Assembly: GCA_001599295.1 (NCBI GenBank)
Contig: BCGN01000009.1
Coordinates: 788,413 to 852,412 of the forward strand
Source of the DNA: Sporopachydermia quercuum
Lineage: Eukaryota
Length of the DNA stretch: 64,000 nt
Direction of reading: 5' to 3'
Under the pieces are notes generated by a model that ran no database searches, was not told the DNA's origin, and worked only from the letters and a program-made list of their open reading frames with translations. Of the stretch, positions 1 to 12,295 are shown piece by piece; within the stretch, counting starts at the first letter, position 1, and the number at the start of each line of letters is the position of its first letter. The position numbers and the translations under genes are program-made.

Positions 1-790
1 CCTTCTTTCCTACACTGATCTTCCTCAGCTTAGAGTCTTGGTAAGCCACTTGCAACCCTGTATCCAAGTAGTCAATTCTAAGGATTACTTGATGGTGTAA
101 AACATAGCACAGAACATATTCCATTCAGATGCTCTTACTTTCATTCACTAGGACATCGACCCTATAACAAGTAGATAAGTGAAAAATTGTGATTGAGGCT
201 GAATAATCCATCAAGAAACCAAACAGAATAAATAATCAGAAAAACAGTTGCAAGATTGACTAGCAAAGCATCTCTATAGCTGGCAGGTTGCCTTCAGACG
301 ATATATTATACGTACTACAAAAGAATTTCACATTAATAATTCTTATTTATTAGGTGGTGTTTCTATTTTTCTTTTCTCTTTTCTTTTTTCCTCTCCTATT
401 ACGTGAAGTTGGCTTAGTCAAGCGAACAAATTGGAAGGTGATTGTGGTTCATTGGAAAAAATTGAACACAAACCGGTAGTTGACTGTTAACAAATTATGA
501 AATAGCATAAAACAAAACTTGTATTTGTGATCAACTAATCTCATGGGTAGATAACGATCGTTTGTCCTAATCACAACTACCAACGATCATACATCAACAG
601 GCCGCCCCAACGGTAAGGATTGGCACTTATAGGAAAGAACACTTACAGGAAAGAATAGAGGTCAAACCAACGTACAAAAGATACTAGATTAGTACTTACA
701 GAGTATCAGAACTGCTGAAGGAATTCGTCCTAGAAATTTGGTACCAATTACTATATTTACTATTAGAGGATGGTCTGAGCAAAGGATACA

Positions 791-3700
791 ATGGACCGGC
801 AAGAGTATGTAGCAGAAGACCTTGATTTGCCAATGGGCGACCCAGAAACCAAAAACAACGTCAGCGAAACTAGGAAATCAGCAGAAGACATCGAAATCGA
901 AACAGACGAGCAGATAGCTTCTGAAGAACAAGAGTCAGACAAATTTCAAGCTGATGATGTTCTCGCAGACCAAAAACTCGCTCTCGCCAACTCAATCAAT
1001 CCTCCATACAAACCAAACGAAGACAGGTACGTTTTGCCAAAAGCTTGGTTTGAACAAGCACTTGGACAAAGATTTTCTACAACTACAGACTCAACTCACA
1101 TACCTCCAATTGACCTATCTTCTCTTGCGAAGGAAGACGATGTTTTGGCTGATAATATTGAAGGAGATATCGTATCCGTACCTGAAGATGCATACACCTT
1201 TTTGAAGGAGCGCTTCGGAATAAGGCAAGGATCCCCTGTAGTTGTTAGAAAGGCCATTGACGAGGAAACGATTGAGCTGTATATGCCTAAATTCTATGTC
1301 CATATAGTCAATGGTGCACCAGATGAACACCTTATAATTAGCCAACTGAACACTAGGGCAAGAAAGTCAGAATTTTTACTACCACGGAACTCAAATCTGA
1401 AAAATCTTTATAGCAAGATCGAGGGAATCATCAATACCAAAACCAAGAAGTATAAGATATGGAAGCTTTCTTCTGACGTTGCTAGAAATCTGCCACCTGT
1501 AGTATCTCCTCTGGTCAACCATGCTATTGCAAAAGAGGGCAAACAAATTATCAACAGCAAGAAGACATCGTCGTTGGAAACACTGGGGCTTGCCAATGGC
1601 GGTCACATACTATTAGAACCAAAGTTCAAGGGCCAGTCGAGAAAAGCAGAATTAGCAAACGCGAAAGCACTTGGTCGCTCTCTATCCCAAGCAGAGAGCT
1701 CTTACTCATTACAAGGAGGAACCACGGGTCTTACTAACCTGGGGAATACTTGCTATATGAACTCAGCTTTGCAATGCCTGGTGCACATTTCCGAAATCTG
1801 CGAATATTTTAGTTCCGGAGCATTTAGAATGGAGCTCAACAGAACAAATCCTTTAGGAATGAATGGACAAGTGGCAGAAGCATTCAACAAGCTGATACAA
1901 GAACTTTACGCCGACTCAAACGAAAAGGCATACTCTCCAAGGGCTTTCAAATCTGTCATAGGTAGGTATGGCCATATGTTCTCGGGATATCAACAACAGG
2001 ACTCCCAAGAACTTCTTGCCTTCTTGCTGGATGGTCTGCACGAGGATCTCAATAGAATAATCAACAAACCATACACGGAAAAGCCTGATTCCTCGGACGA
2101 TATGATGAATGATCATGAAAAGCTTTCGGAGTTTGCTGAATTATGCTGGAAACTGCATCTCCAGCGCAATGACTCTGTGATCGTAGATCTTTTTGCTGGA
2201 TTGTACGAATCCACACTAATTTGCCCTTCTTGCGGGAAAGTCAGCATCAGTTTCGAACCGTTTATGGATCTCACATTGCCTATACCAGTAGATAAAACTT
2301 GGACTCACTCAGTAGTAGTATTTCCAGAAACTGGATACCCTAAGAAACTAGAAGTGGAGATAGAAAAAGCTGCCTCGTTGAAGGATCTCAAACAATACAT
2401 TGGCAAACAAACAAAAATTAACCCGGAAGCCTTGATCGCCGCAGAAGTGTTCAATGCGAAATTTCTCCGTAACCTCGAGCCAGACGAAGAACAGCCTGTT
2501 AGTGAGCTTATTGAACCCAACGACTTGATAGTGTTTTTCGAATTGAACTTTATTCCAGGCGACATGGTGGTGCCTGTTCTGCATAAAAAAGGATTCTCAG
2601 ACGATAAGAGTGACTATTCGAGCCATGAAATGTTTGGGTTGCCTTTTTTCATTGTTCTTAATGAGACCGAACGCAACTCCTACAGTATAATCAAAAGGAA
2701 AATCGAACAGAGATATTCCCAGTTGACCAAGCTCGATAAGACTCCTACTGGGTTCTCAAAAGTTGGGACATTGGACGAGAACAAAGAAGTCGCTGCAGAA
2801 CGCATGGAAGAAGAGGTAGAAGCAGAGCCAGAGCCAGAGATAGAAAGTGGAGAAGAAATGGAAGCAAAANCGAATGGACGATCAACTGCAAATACACCGT
2901 CAGACCAGGAAGGTCCTCCTACATATACCGAAAACGTTTCTGCTTTCACAATTAAACTAATGAAACCATCAGCATCTTCGCATTACAACAGCAGTTGGAG
3001 AACTAGGAACTACAACAGTTATGACTCTGACGAATCGAAGTACGATGAAAAAGTGTTTATGCCAACTGGGTTACACCAATCGTACAACAATCTGCCTGAC
3101 TTGACACTTCAACAGAAGGTTCTTACTACGAAAGAGCCAATCGATAGTTCATCAGTCTTCAGCGATGACGATTCTTATCTTGTGAGCTCCCCGGCAACTA
3201 CCAATAAAGAGGATGACGATACAATCGGTGTGCTGACACCCGACACTGCTGATTGTCTCCAGATACAGCCAACGAATGTTTCTAACGCCGATCTCCCGAC
3301 TTTAGAAACGACTGTGGGAAATAGAAATTCTAGCAGTAGAGCTGACAATACAATCTGCTTAAGTTCAGATGAAAGAGAAAACGTAATGATAGAGGCAAAG
3401 AGCGCTCTAGTATGCCAATGGGAATCAGAAGATTTGTTTGACTACACTTTTGGTAATGGTAATGATACGTGGTCATCGGCTAATATGGAAGAACTCACTG
3501 ATGATAGTTTACTACAATTTCGCAGGAAGCGTGCTGAAAAGCTAGAAAAAGGTATAAATCTAAACATGTGCTTGGATTTATTCTCTTCTACAGAAGTCCT
3601 AGGCGAAAACGATCTATGGTATTGTCCAAGATGTAAAGAACATCGCAGAGCAAGCAAAACCATCGAATTGTGGTCAGTCCCACCTATATTTACCATACAT

Positions 3701-4384
3701 TTGAAGCGTTTCGAAAGTCAAAGAAGACTTCGAGATAAAATTGATGCCCTGATAGATTTTCCTGTAACAGGACTCGATGTTACGAAGTACGTGTCAGGCA
3801 GGAAGGAAGGAGAAACATACATCTACGATCTGTTTGCAGTAGACAACCATTATGGGGGACTTGGAGGAGGCCATTATACAACTTACGCCAAAAACTTCCT
3901 AGACGATGAATGGTACTATTTTGATGATTCATCTGTTCGACCAGTATCCGAGCATTCGTGTGTCACTAAAGCAGCATACTTGCTGTTTTACAGACGTCGT
4001 GGGACAGATGCTCTCGGTGGAGAAAAGCTGTCCAAGGCGATCGAGGAGGCAAGAAAACATCAGGAAAATTACCTTCTTCCAACTGAAGAGCGTCTAGAAG
4101 AGACAAGTAGTGGAGCCGAAAATGATGACCCCATGATTGAATCTTCAATGGCTGAACAGTACAATACGTTTTTCAGTAAGAACCAGGGAGATTTTGAAGG
4201 TGATAATCCTATGGATTATGATTTGGCAGATACCAACTTAGAAGTAGACGAACCAGAGAGTATTTCTAGCATTGTTCACCATTCACTGGAACCAGAAAAC
4301 AAAGAGGGAAAGTCCATCTGGCCAGGTGCAAACGAAGCAATGCTGAGTTTTCCTTTATCACCACCTGAACAAGAAGAGACGTGA
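791..4384 (+). CDS. UBP12: Ubiquitin carboxyl-terminal hydrolase, USP family (Ubp12/USP4-15-like)
   Basis: 1197-aa ORF. Cys box GLTNLGNTCYMNSALQCL, QQDSQELLAFLLDGLHEDLNRI, His box YDLFAVDNHYGGLGGGHYT, split catalytic domain with CPSC/CPRC zinc fingers, and an N-terminal DUSP-like region. Confidence 0.92.
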   Translation: MDRQEYVAEDLDLPMGDPETKNNVSETRKSAEDIEIETDEQIASEEQESDKFQADDVLADQKLALANSINPPYKPNEDRYVLPKAWFEQALGQRFSTTTDSTHIPPIDLSSLAKEDDVLADNIEGDIVSVPEDAYTFLKERFGIRQGSPVVVRKAIDEETIELYMPKFYVHIVNGAPDEHLIISQLNTRARKSEFLLPRNSNLKNLYSKIEGIINTKTKKYKIWKLSSDVARNLPPVVSPLVNHAIAKEGKQIINSKKTSSLETLGLANGGHILLEPKFKGQSRKAELANAKALGRSLSQAESSYSLQGGTTGLTNLGNTCYMNSALQCLVHISEICEYFSSGAFRMELNRTNPLGMNGQVAEAFNKLIQELYADSNEKAYSPRAFKSVIGRYGHMFSGYQQQDSQELLAFLLDGLHEDLNRIINKPYTEKPDSSDDMMNDHEKLSEFAELCWKLHLQRNDSVIVDLFAGLYESTLICPSCGKVSISFEPFMDLTLPIPVDKTWTHSVVVFPETGYPKKLEVEIEKAASLKDLKQYIGKQTKINPEALIAAEVFNAKFLRNLEPDEEQPVSELIEPNDLIVFFELNFIPGDMVVPVLHKKGFSDDKSDYSSHEMFGLPFFIVLNETERNSYSIIKRKIEQRYSQLTKLDKTPTGFSKVGTLDENKEVAAERMEEEVEAEPEPEIESGEEMEAKXNGRSTANTPSDQEGPPTYTENVSAFTIKLMKPSASSHYNSSWRTRNYNSYDSDESKYDEKVFMPTGLHQSYNNLPDLTLQQKVLTTKEPIDSSSVFSDDDSYLVSSPATTNKEDDDTIGVLTPDTADCLQIQPTNVSNADLPTLETTVGNRNSSSRADNTICLSSDERENVMIEAKSALVCQWESEDLFDYTFGNGNDTWSSANMEELTDDSLLQFRRKRAEKLEKGINLNMCLDLFSSTEVLGENDLWYCPRCKEHRRASKTIELWSVPPIFTIHLKRFESQRRLRDKIDALIDFPVTGLDVTKYVSGRKEGETYIYDLFAVDNHYGGLGGGHYTTYAKNFLDDEWYYFDDSSVRPVSEHSCVTKAAYLLFYRRRGTDALGGEKLSKAIEEARKHQENYLLPTEERLEETSSGAENDDPMIESSMAEQYNTFFSKNQGDFEGDNPMDYDLADTNLEVDEPESISSIVHHSLEPENKEGKSIWPGANEAMLSFPLSPPEQEET

Positions 4385-4525
4385 ATGACTAATGTGTGGT
4401 GCAATACAAACTAGGTGTCCATGCATTGAGATACTGCGAGTAGTTGGATAGAGTATTGAACCAAATATGTAGAACGTTAAGCTTACAATAGATCTAACAT
4501 GATCTTTCTACCGAGAAACCCCTCG

Positions 4526-5590
4526 TTATAGATAAGAAACCACATCTTCATACTTAGGGATACTGTCAGCAGCGCCACGTTTCATAACAGACAAACCTGA
4601 AGAGACAACTGCATACTTCAAAGCCTGTTCAAATCCCCACTCTCCTATCATTGCTGCGACCAATGAACCTAGAAATGTATCTCCGGCACCAGTAGTATCC
4701 ACCACCTCTTCAGGTTTCACGCTGAATGCAGGAATATAACCAATTTTGGTTTTAGAATCGATTACTTGACCATAGCAAACCCCCTTCGATCCCAACGTGA
4801 TCACCACAGTTTTTAGCTTTGTTGATTTAATGTCTGCCCTCATGAAATTGAACTGTTCAACCAAAACGAATGCAGTATGTTTTGCTGACTTGACAGCTTC
4901 ATCATCGTCATACGCAGTGCCATTGTCAGCATTGGCCCAGTGATCGTAGTCGTAATCAGTGTTAGATGACCACTGAGTAGCCGAGGTGAACACATTTAAA
5001 ACTTCCTGAGCTTCTGCTTCATTCACAACCAAAGTATCAACCATTGACCAGAATTTACTATCCATGACTTTGAATGGTGATGGATTGTACACTACATGGA
5101 TATCGTTCCGTGAACGGTGAACTGTTTCAACGACTGTCAATACATCTGGACGTTCATTCTGCAGAATCAAATATTCACTGGTACAACCAGATTTCTGGAA
5201 TAGACTATCATATTTCATATCTGTAGTGTCAGCATTAGCACCTAAAGAAACTAATATTCTGTTTTCGCCATTGTCTTCTACTAATATAGTAGCAACGCCG
5301 CTTCTTTTGTTCTTAGATATACTAACAGATGCCATTTCTATTCCCTCTTGAACACCTCTTTGCAGTAATTCCTTCCCAAATGTATCATTACCAACTTTTC
5401 CGATAATCCTGACTTTGGTACTTTCACCATCAATTTTTAGTCTTTGAGCAGCAATTGTTTGATTAAACCCTTTACCTCCAATATGGGTTTCAAAACCATG
5501 ACACAGAGTAGTTTCTCCTCCCTTGGGTACCTTAGATGTGTAGCTAACTAAGTCATAGTTAAGGCTACCAACACATGTAATTTGTTTCAT
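4526..5590 (-). CDS. RBK1: Ribokinase (PfkB family)
   Basis: ITCVGSLNYDLV, GGKGFNQ, GKVGNDTFG, VVNEAEA, VDTTGAGDTFLG and GAADSIP motifs. Confidence 0.9.
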   Translation of the reverse strand: MKQITCVGSLNYDLVSYTSKVPKGGETTLCHGFETHIGGKGFNQTIAAQRLKIDGESTKVRIIGKVGNDTFGKELLQRGVQEGIEMASVSISKNKRSGVATILVEDNGENRILVSLGANADTTDMKYDSLFQKSGCTSEYLILQNERPDVLTVVETVHRSRNDIHVVYNPSPFKVMDSKFWSMVDTLVVNEAEAQEVLNVFTSATQWSSNTDYDYDHWANADNGTAYDDDEAVKSAKHTAFVLVEQFNFMRADIKSTKLKTVVITLGSKGVCYGQVIDSKTKIGYIPAFSVKPEEVVDTTGAGDTFLGSLVAAMIGEWGFEQALKYAVVSSGLSVMKRGAADSIPKYEDVVSYL

Positions 5591-7319
5591 TTTTAAGCTC
5601 GATGAGAAGACAAGACAGTTGATTATAATCTAACGATTACCGCCATAATCATCTTCGGACGAGTAGTATGGATATATATGAAAGTCAGATCTATTTCTGC
5701 AGTGATTGGTAAATTTCCCCTACAGCGTTTGGTTACTCTTTTACAAAAATCTGTGGTGAATTCTCCATATTTGACATAGCTGTTGATGTTAAAGATATGA
5801 TATATGTTGGAAGCAGTTCGTAGTAATGTATTGTGTCCTCTTTTTTGTTTGTCAGCAACCTCACCTTTTCCATAAGGTGATGTTGATGATATACAAGTTT
5901 ATAAGCATTCTAATTTATAAAATATATGATGATGTGATACTTATTTATTTAATATTAGCTAATAAACTATTATGTAATACTTATCAACACTTTTTGCGGA
6001 GATGTTGACATATGATAACTAGTATTACTTTGCAACCGAAAACTACAAAAGGTAGACTTATATAGTTGATTTCGTTTTACTTCTATGCATATTTAAGTAT
6101 ATTTTTGATTTATATAATAATATTAATTGATTGATAGATGTTTAGAGTGTAATGGTAGATCCAAATCACCTAACTTACTTTTGCCCTCTTTAGACGCTGC
6201 CTTACTAATTTTCCAGGCTGTTATACCCGCCTTAGTACTGAATATATATTTTGTTAAATCTATTCTAATCTAATTACACAATCCTATATACAGTCTATAG
6301 CATTAATATAGGGGTAGATCCCTAAAAGGGTAGGCAGGAGGGATTCAAGATTCGTGCATCCGGGACCGTCGATTCTGCCCACAAGCCATGGTAATCAAAA
6401 TGTACAATAACAACACAGTATAATCGATTTCTTATTGTATATCCAAATCATCTACTTTTGGTCTGTTTTGAGTGGACTTACCTGGCTGCATATACATGTA
6501 ATTATTAGGTTTAAAGTACTGTAAGAATTGAGATTTAGAACACAGTGTTGTATTCTTGCTTCGTATCCAACATATCAGTAATGAAAGCTTGTGAAAATAG
6601 GTGAAGATTCAAGCGTACAACAGGAGGGAAACTTTTTCTTGAAGGAATTTCAAATATTCTTGGGCTGCCATTTCCGCAGCAATACTTTTTTCTGTTAATA
6701 TATATATATATTTATATATAAGAAAACTTTAGAGTTCTCTGTACTATCTTCATAGGACGTATAAACAGCTGTAAACTTCGCTGATATATTTGACCATGTA
6801 TTCTACTACATTAGAGGACAGACAGGTTCAATGATGAGGTGAGACTGAAACAACATAACCACTGTTTTACTACAAGAGACAACTCTATCGTTATTGATTG
6901 GGATTTTTTTAAGTATAACTGAACTACCCAAACTTTGTATTTTTGAATGAAATAAATTGTTCCATAATAATTGAATCATGATGAAGGAGCAACTACTTTC
7001 TAACGGGGTCTATTTTACTCTACAAATTCCAATCAAAGTACGTGCTCTGCAGATATTTGAAGATACCTAATTTTCCTTTGAATCTCTATTCCCAAATCGT
7101 AGGTAGTACTGATTGATTTTCCTTTTGTTCCTTCTTCTCTAAAGACCAGGCCTTGTTCGTACAGAGCGTGAAAGTTTCAAACGCCGTTTGCAGTGCCTCG
7201 TGCTACACATCAGTTGGAGGCGATTCTACAGCTTGTTTGTAAGTCTTAGGGTTAGGGGTAAAGTGTGACCTGTTCAACAAAATAAAACATGATTTATTTT
7301 TCGCTGCACCTCTAGTGCT

Positions 7320-8130
7320 CATGACAGACAGGCATTGCGGTGAGGATTACTATATCCTACCATAATACCCTGCAACAGTAGTTGGCGAAAATATGAAAGG
7401 TGCTTTCGGGAAGCAGCAACAAGTGTAGACAGACGCCTTAGTTTTAAATCGCCGAAGCGTATTATAAAATGGAACATATCAATATCAATGCCAATAGAGA
7501 ACATCAAATTAATGATTGAGGACGGTAAGTGATTAATGAAAAAAGAGTTGGATATCTTCAGACCAGAATTGCTCACGAAGTCTGAACTTTCTCTTGAATG
7601 GTTCAATGAATGGTTCAATTGAACGGAACATTTGGAAACCTGTGTCTACTTCTAACCATACGTTAATAAATCTTGTTGAATGATCTCCACATGTATGTGA
7701 ATGGCAAATTCCGATGAATTCATATAATAAGGGCTCAGCTGACTTATCACAAGCCTCCGCTTGGCTATCCTTCTCAGCATTGTTGAAATTGCAGCTTTGC
7801 ATCGAGAAAAGGCAATGAAAATGTGGTCAATCATATCCTCAGAAGTTCTACCTGAAAGAATAAGAAACTCATTTAATATTTTTTCCAAACAACGACTTGG
7901 TCTTGATGCAACAAATAAGCTCATCCAAATTGCCTTTGGAAGGACCGTACCAGATTCATCCGCGCATGCTTTGCAGAGTCTTCTCTAAATTTTCTCATGT
8001 ATGTATGATACGTGAAAATAAAGAACTTAGGTAAGCCAAACAGTTCGGAGATGGAAAACATCATCATAATATAGACATCTAATTTATTTAGCATGTCAAA
8101 AGACTGACGAAGGGAGTCTAACTTCAAAAT
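7320..8130 (-). mobile_element. Possible highly decayed retrotransposon Gag remnant
   Basis: Frameshifted minus-strand fragments (NLVRSFQRQFG; KILNEFLILSGRTSEDMIDHIFIAFSRCKAAISTM; VISQLSPYY) loosely resemble copia Gag helices, and they lie among clearer relics. Weak similarity, judged by eye only. Confidence 0.2.
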
Positions 8131-9482
8131 TAGTACCGCTTGCTATAATGATGTCTTAGATAACACCTTAACTTCTCTAAATATGTAATTGTGCCTTTTC
8201 TTTTTGTTAAAGGTGACATGGCTTTCTACCATCTCAATATAGTATCATAACCCATCTTCGAACTAAGAAAGAGGATATGATGATATACATATAGTACAGA
8301 GCTCAAAAACAAGATTGAATCGCTTCATACATCATTTCAGCACCGTTATTTATACATTGAATGTGTGTTATTAATTTATATATTAATTGTTTGAGAATGT
8401 ATGTGTTAGATTCATTTGAAATAAGAACAGAAGAATCTACAACAGAGAGGTCTGGCAGGAAATCTTTCCTACTCTATTATGAACACGTCAGAAGTTTGAC
8501 CTCATTATTGTATTATGTTTATCTTGTGGTAGAATTTCTTTTGGTTCCACTACAATATAGCGCTATCTTCATACTTCTGATATAACTCATTATCAACTGA
8601 TAAAAGTATTTGTTTGGGTCGTACTTATCAATTCTTCTGTGAGGAAATGTGTTGTCTGATAAATATGATAAAGTATACTCTATTTCTGGTACCTCCAGCA
8701 TGATTAAGTTCTGATGGGGAAGGAAAAAGCAATGGATAAACTTGTAAGATAGTATCTTAACCCAGGAATCAAAGGCTTACTATCATAGGAGGAACAGTTG
8801 CTGTTGCTGATAATACAACANGTGAAACAGCTTTATTAATTTGTCACTCTTTATAAGCTCTTGTCACAAAAGTGGAGGTTTAAGGACTATTGTGGACTAG
8901 ACTGTTCTTGAAAATGTATTTCAGCCACCAACCGAATAAGAAAGAAATAATTATTTCTTNTAGATAGTGCATCAGAAGTAATTCACAATAATTTGTAAAC
9001 TTTGTGATTTAAGGGCGTACTGTACTGTATGTACTCTCTTGCTGCATTTCTTCATCAAGAAGCGATCTAGCTTTCGCCCTTACAATAGCCTGAAGGTGTA
9101 AACTGCTCAAAAAAAGGATAATAGTTAGTAGCATGCAACTATAACTCAATGTTTATTACTTTAAATTCAATGCTTTTATTATTTTCGCAGATAAAGTTTA
9201 TCAGATTTACTATTTGATATCTGTTTAAGACTCTCAGCTATGGGAAGCCGATGACTTAGTCTGATTTTGTATTGCTTTTNTGGTGGTTCTTGTAAGTTAC
9301 AACACTGGAAAATAAATGGAGAAACCAAATGCAGTTAGGTAACTCTAACACTTATCGAGAAGCCTTCAGGCAACAAGCAATGCAATAAAATGGAAGAGAT
9401 TCTTATATTACTGAAAGAGAATTAAACTTCTGCTCAGGGTTATATTATATGTTAATACATTTTTAACTTTCATTTGAAAGAG

Positions 9483-10059
9483 AGTACACTCCAGATTGCT
9501 TACTCTGTAGCCGTCGCAAGTCTTTTCTTCTCTTAATATATTGGTACACGATGGAAATTGGTAAAGCGAGTTCTACGTTATTCGCAAGGAACATCAGAGT
9601 TAGGTATACAGAACTCACCACGGNACCGCATGGAATATCGGGTTGCGTTAGGTGGATACTCTGACGAAGAGTGGGCAAAAGACCTTAAGCCTTGAAAACA
9701 TGTTTCTGGAGATGTTGTTGCTTTTGCGAAGCCACCAATTTCTTGGAGGCAAACTACTTGTTGCACAATCCGTCTAGGAGCTAGGGATGCAGGGTACTTT
9801 TTACTTACGTCCTTTCAAATGAGTACTCTTGGTTGATAAACATGATTAGTTCTATGTCATTGGAATGTAGCCGTCCTCATCGCTGATAATTATTGATAAT
9901 CAATCTGCGTTACAATTTGAGCACCACTCGGAACAGTACGTCAGATCTAAGCACATTGACACCAAGCATCAAGTTATTAGGAACAGAATTGAAGGAGGGA
10001 CTCCGGATTTTGCTAATCTTAATACAAATGAGATTNCTGCTTATATTTTGACGTTAGAT
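9483..10059 (+). mobile_element. Degenerate Ty1/copia-type RT C-terminus plus RNase H remnant (may extend upstream to ~8720)
   Basis: Manual translation gives QIAYSVAVAS..*..RWKLVKRVLRYSQGTSELGI...LGGYSDEEWAKD..*K.VSGDVVAFAKPPISW. After a frameshift it reads IIDNQSALQFEHHSEQYVRSKHIDTKHQVIRNRIEGG...AYILT. These match the copia consensus HWxAVKRVLRYLKGT / GYSDADWAGD / GGPISW / DNQSA / RSKHID / ADILTK. Stops and frameshifts are present. A purine-rich GGTGGAGGG followed by TG at 10145-10155 could be the PPT/LTR start. Confidence 0.88.
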
Positions 10060-12295
10060 GTTATGTCCTGAGAAGGGACTTTAAACTTTAAATCTGCTCT
10101 AGATCAGTTTTGATAGTTAGAGCGATATTTACCTGTGCAAAATCGGTGGAGGGTGACAACAGTATAGATGTTGTTCATTAAATTTTATATGTATATCTGT
10201 AACCATATATATGTAAGTCTTTTGGCCGTTTACTGGGTGCTAAACAAGATACTGTATACTAATTTGTGGGGGCTCTTCACCATTCACGGACTTGTCTAAG
10301 TAGTGCTATTTCTTTACCATTGTCGGTTTCTCCACTGGTCAGAAGACTGGTGGGCAGCTAAAATGCAAGCGAAACAATTGAATTTGTGCGAGGCAGCCAC
10401 AAGAGTTTGCGAGTAAGAGGTCCGCTCGGAGAATGGTAAGGGACTATTGCAATGGTAAGAACTGTGAGTTTTTTTTAAGAGCGGTATTGTTCACCAGCTT
10501 ACAACTGTTTCTTATCTGTCCAATCCGAACGGGTGACTGAGGCCTCTTATAAGGCATGAATTAACTGGGTGCGTTACCTTCACTTTAAGCAGAATCTACA
10601 TATTATCAATCTATACTACAATAATAGCAAGGCTACCGAGAGCTAACTATGTATAATCCAATACTTTGCATATACTCAAGTAAGGCTCTATGCCAAGCAC
10701 TTATTGGTGCTTAGTTCAAACCATACACATTTTTGTATAGTTTTCGAGCGTAGTCAGGTTTTCTTTTCGTCAATAATAATTCCTGTGCTTGCCTACACAT
10801 GAATCTGCAAATGCTGAACTCATATCTCAAGAATCAAATCACTTTAAGAATTAGAATCAAAGAAAGTACAAGGGGGTATATATATTCGAAGTATGTCAAT
10901 AATTCACAAGAGAAATATGAACTCAAAGATGCGATGTATGCTAAGAATCTTACAAGAGCATAGTTTCTATCCAGTAGGTTGCGCTAAAGCTCTTAATGAT
11001 GAAACAATAGTGTACCCTTACAGAGGTTAATTATTGTTACCGAACGTGTTTTAGTACTTTGGTGATATCCTGGATGTTCCGCGAACGGTAGTCTGTTTGA
11101 TCACCTGCTCAATCAGCATTAAAGTAGCTGCTAAGCTGAAACTCATTAGGTTAATTTGCGCATTTTCAAGCTATAGGTTAAGCTGGTTTCCAAGTGTCAA
11201 AAATCCGTCCAGGCCACAGTGTTAGACTAAATGACAGTTTCCCTATCATGCTTTTAGTACTTCTAGTACTCGTGGACCCGCAAGAGGTTTGTCCACTTTG
11301 TAGTTGCCAAACTCAAGACTGGCAGACATTGAAACTAAAGTGCCAGAGACAATATTCAGAACTAGGTATCATGAGCACTAGAAAGCTAGAAAGATTGATC
11401 TGATCGACCCTAATTGGTTCAGGAAACGAAACATTTGGACTGGCAGCTTTGTTCCAGAGGATATAGAACCAGATGGAATTGACAAAAGACGTGGATCTGG
11501 AGATAAAGACATTGAGGNNNNCCTCATTAGCATTGCGTGTGGCCCAGAAAAGTATCATCAAGTCACACGTTATTAGAGATGATTATCTCATCTCACTCAG
11601 ATATCGAAGATCAATACCATAGATAGGCGCCACGACTTTCCAGCATCTTCCATAGACTCTGAAATATCGTCGAAATTAGTGCTAGATCTACAATGTTCCC
11701 CTATTTAGTATGTTATCATTAANATTACAGATTATCATGGAGAGTCTTACAATTGCAGATGAAGTATCAACTGCCTCTCAATAGGAGAGAGATTTTCTTC
11801 ACCTTCTTCGATTGTCCGTCCGACTGGTATATCTGTTTTCGTCAACAATGTATCTTACGTTGACTTTCAGCAAAAGGTTGAACTAGGCCGAAAACAAATN
11901 TTGTTAGATGAAATCCAAATTGGGGTTGTACACATTGCTTTATCTGAAAGCAGGTAAAAAAAGAAAGATCTGTGGATTATATTAAAAGAAAAGAAAACCT
12001 AAGAAGTTTTTGTCGAGAGAAACTAACCTTGGAATATATTTAGTTTTACTGATTCTTTAGTTTTACTGATTCGAAGTAGGCTGGGTTATACGTAGATTAT
12101 AAAGATCATCGAGTTGATTTAAGATCGAGAACTATACCCTCTTCACGAAAATCTTGTAGGTATTGCTGTGCATGTGGTAGAGATCAGCATAGAACATTAG
12201 AATTACACAAGAAATTATTAGCTAAGGGAGCTATGATAGAAGTTGCAAAGAACAAAGCGAGATATTATGCGGGGGATAAAAGTCTTGGTTTTAAA

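Noticed and set aside
1..124. Minus-strand open frame MEYVLCYVLHHQVILRIDYLDTGLQVAYQDSKLRKISVGKK running off the window edge
   Set aside because: It could be the start of a gene divergent from UBP12, but 41 codons with no recognisable motif are not enough to call.
6320..6390. Short GC-richer patch resembling a tRNA at first glance
   Set aside because: No cloverleaf or proper A/B boxes could be built.
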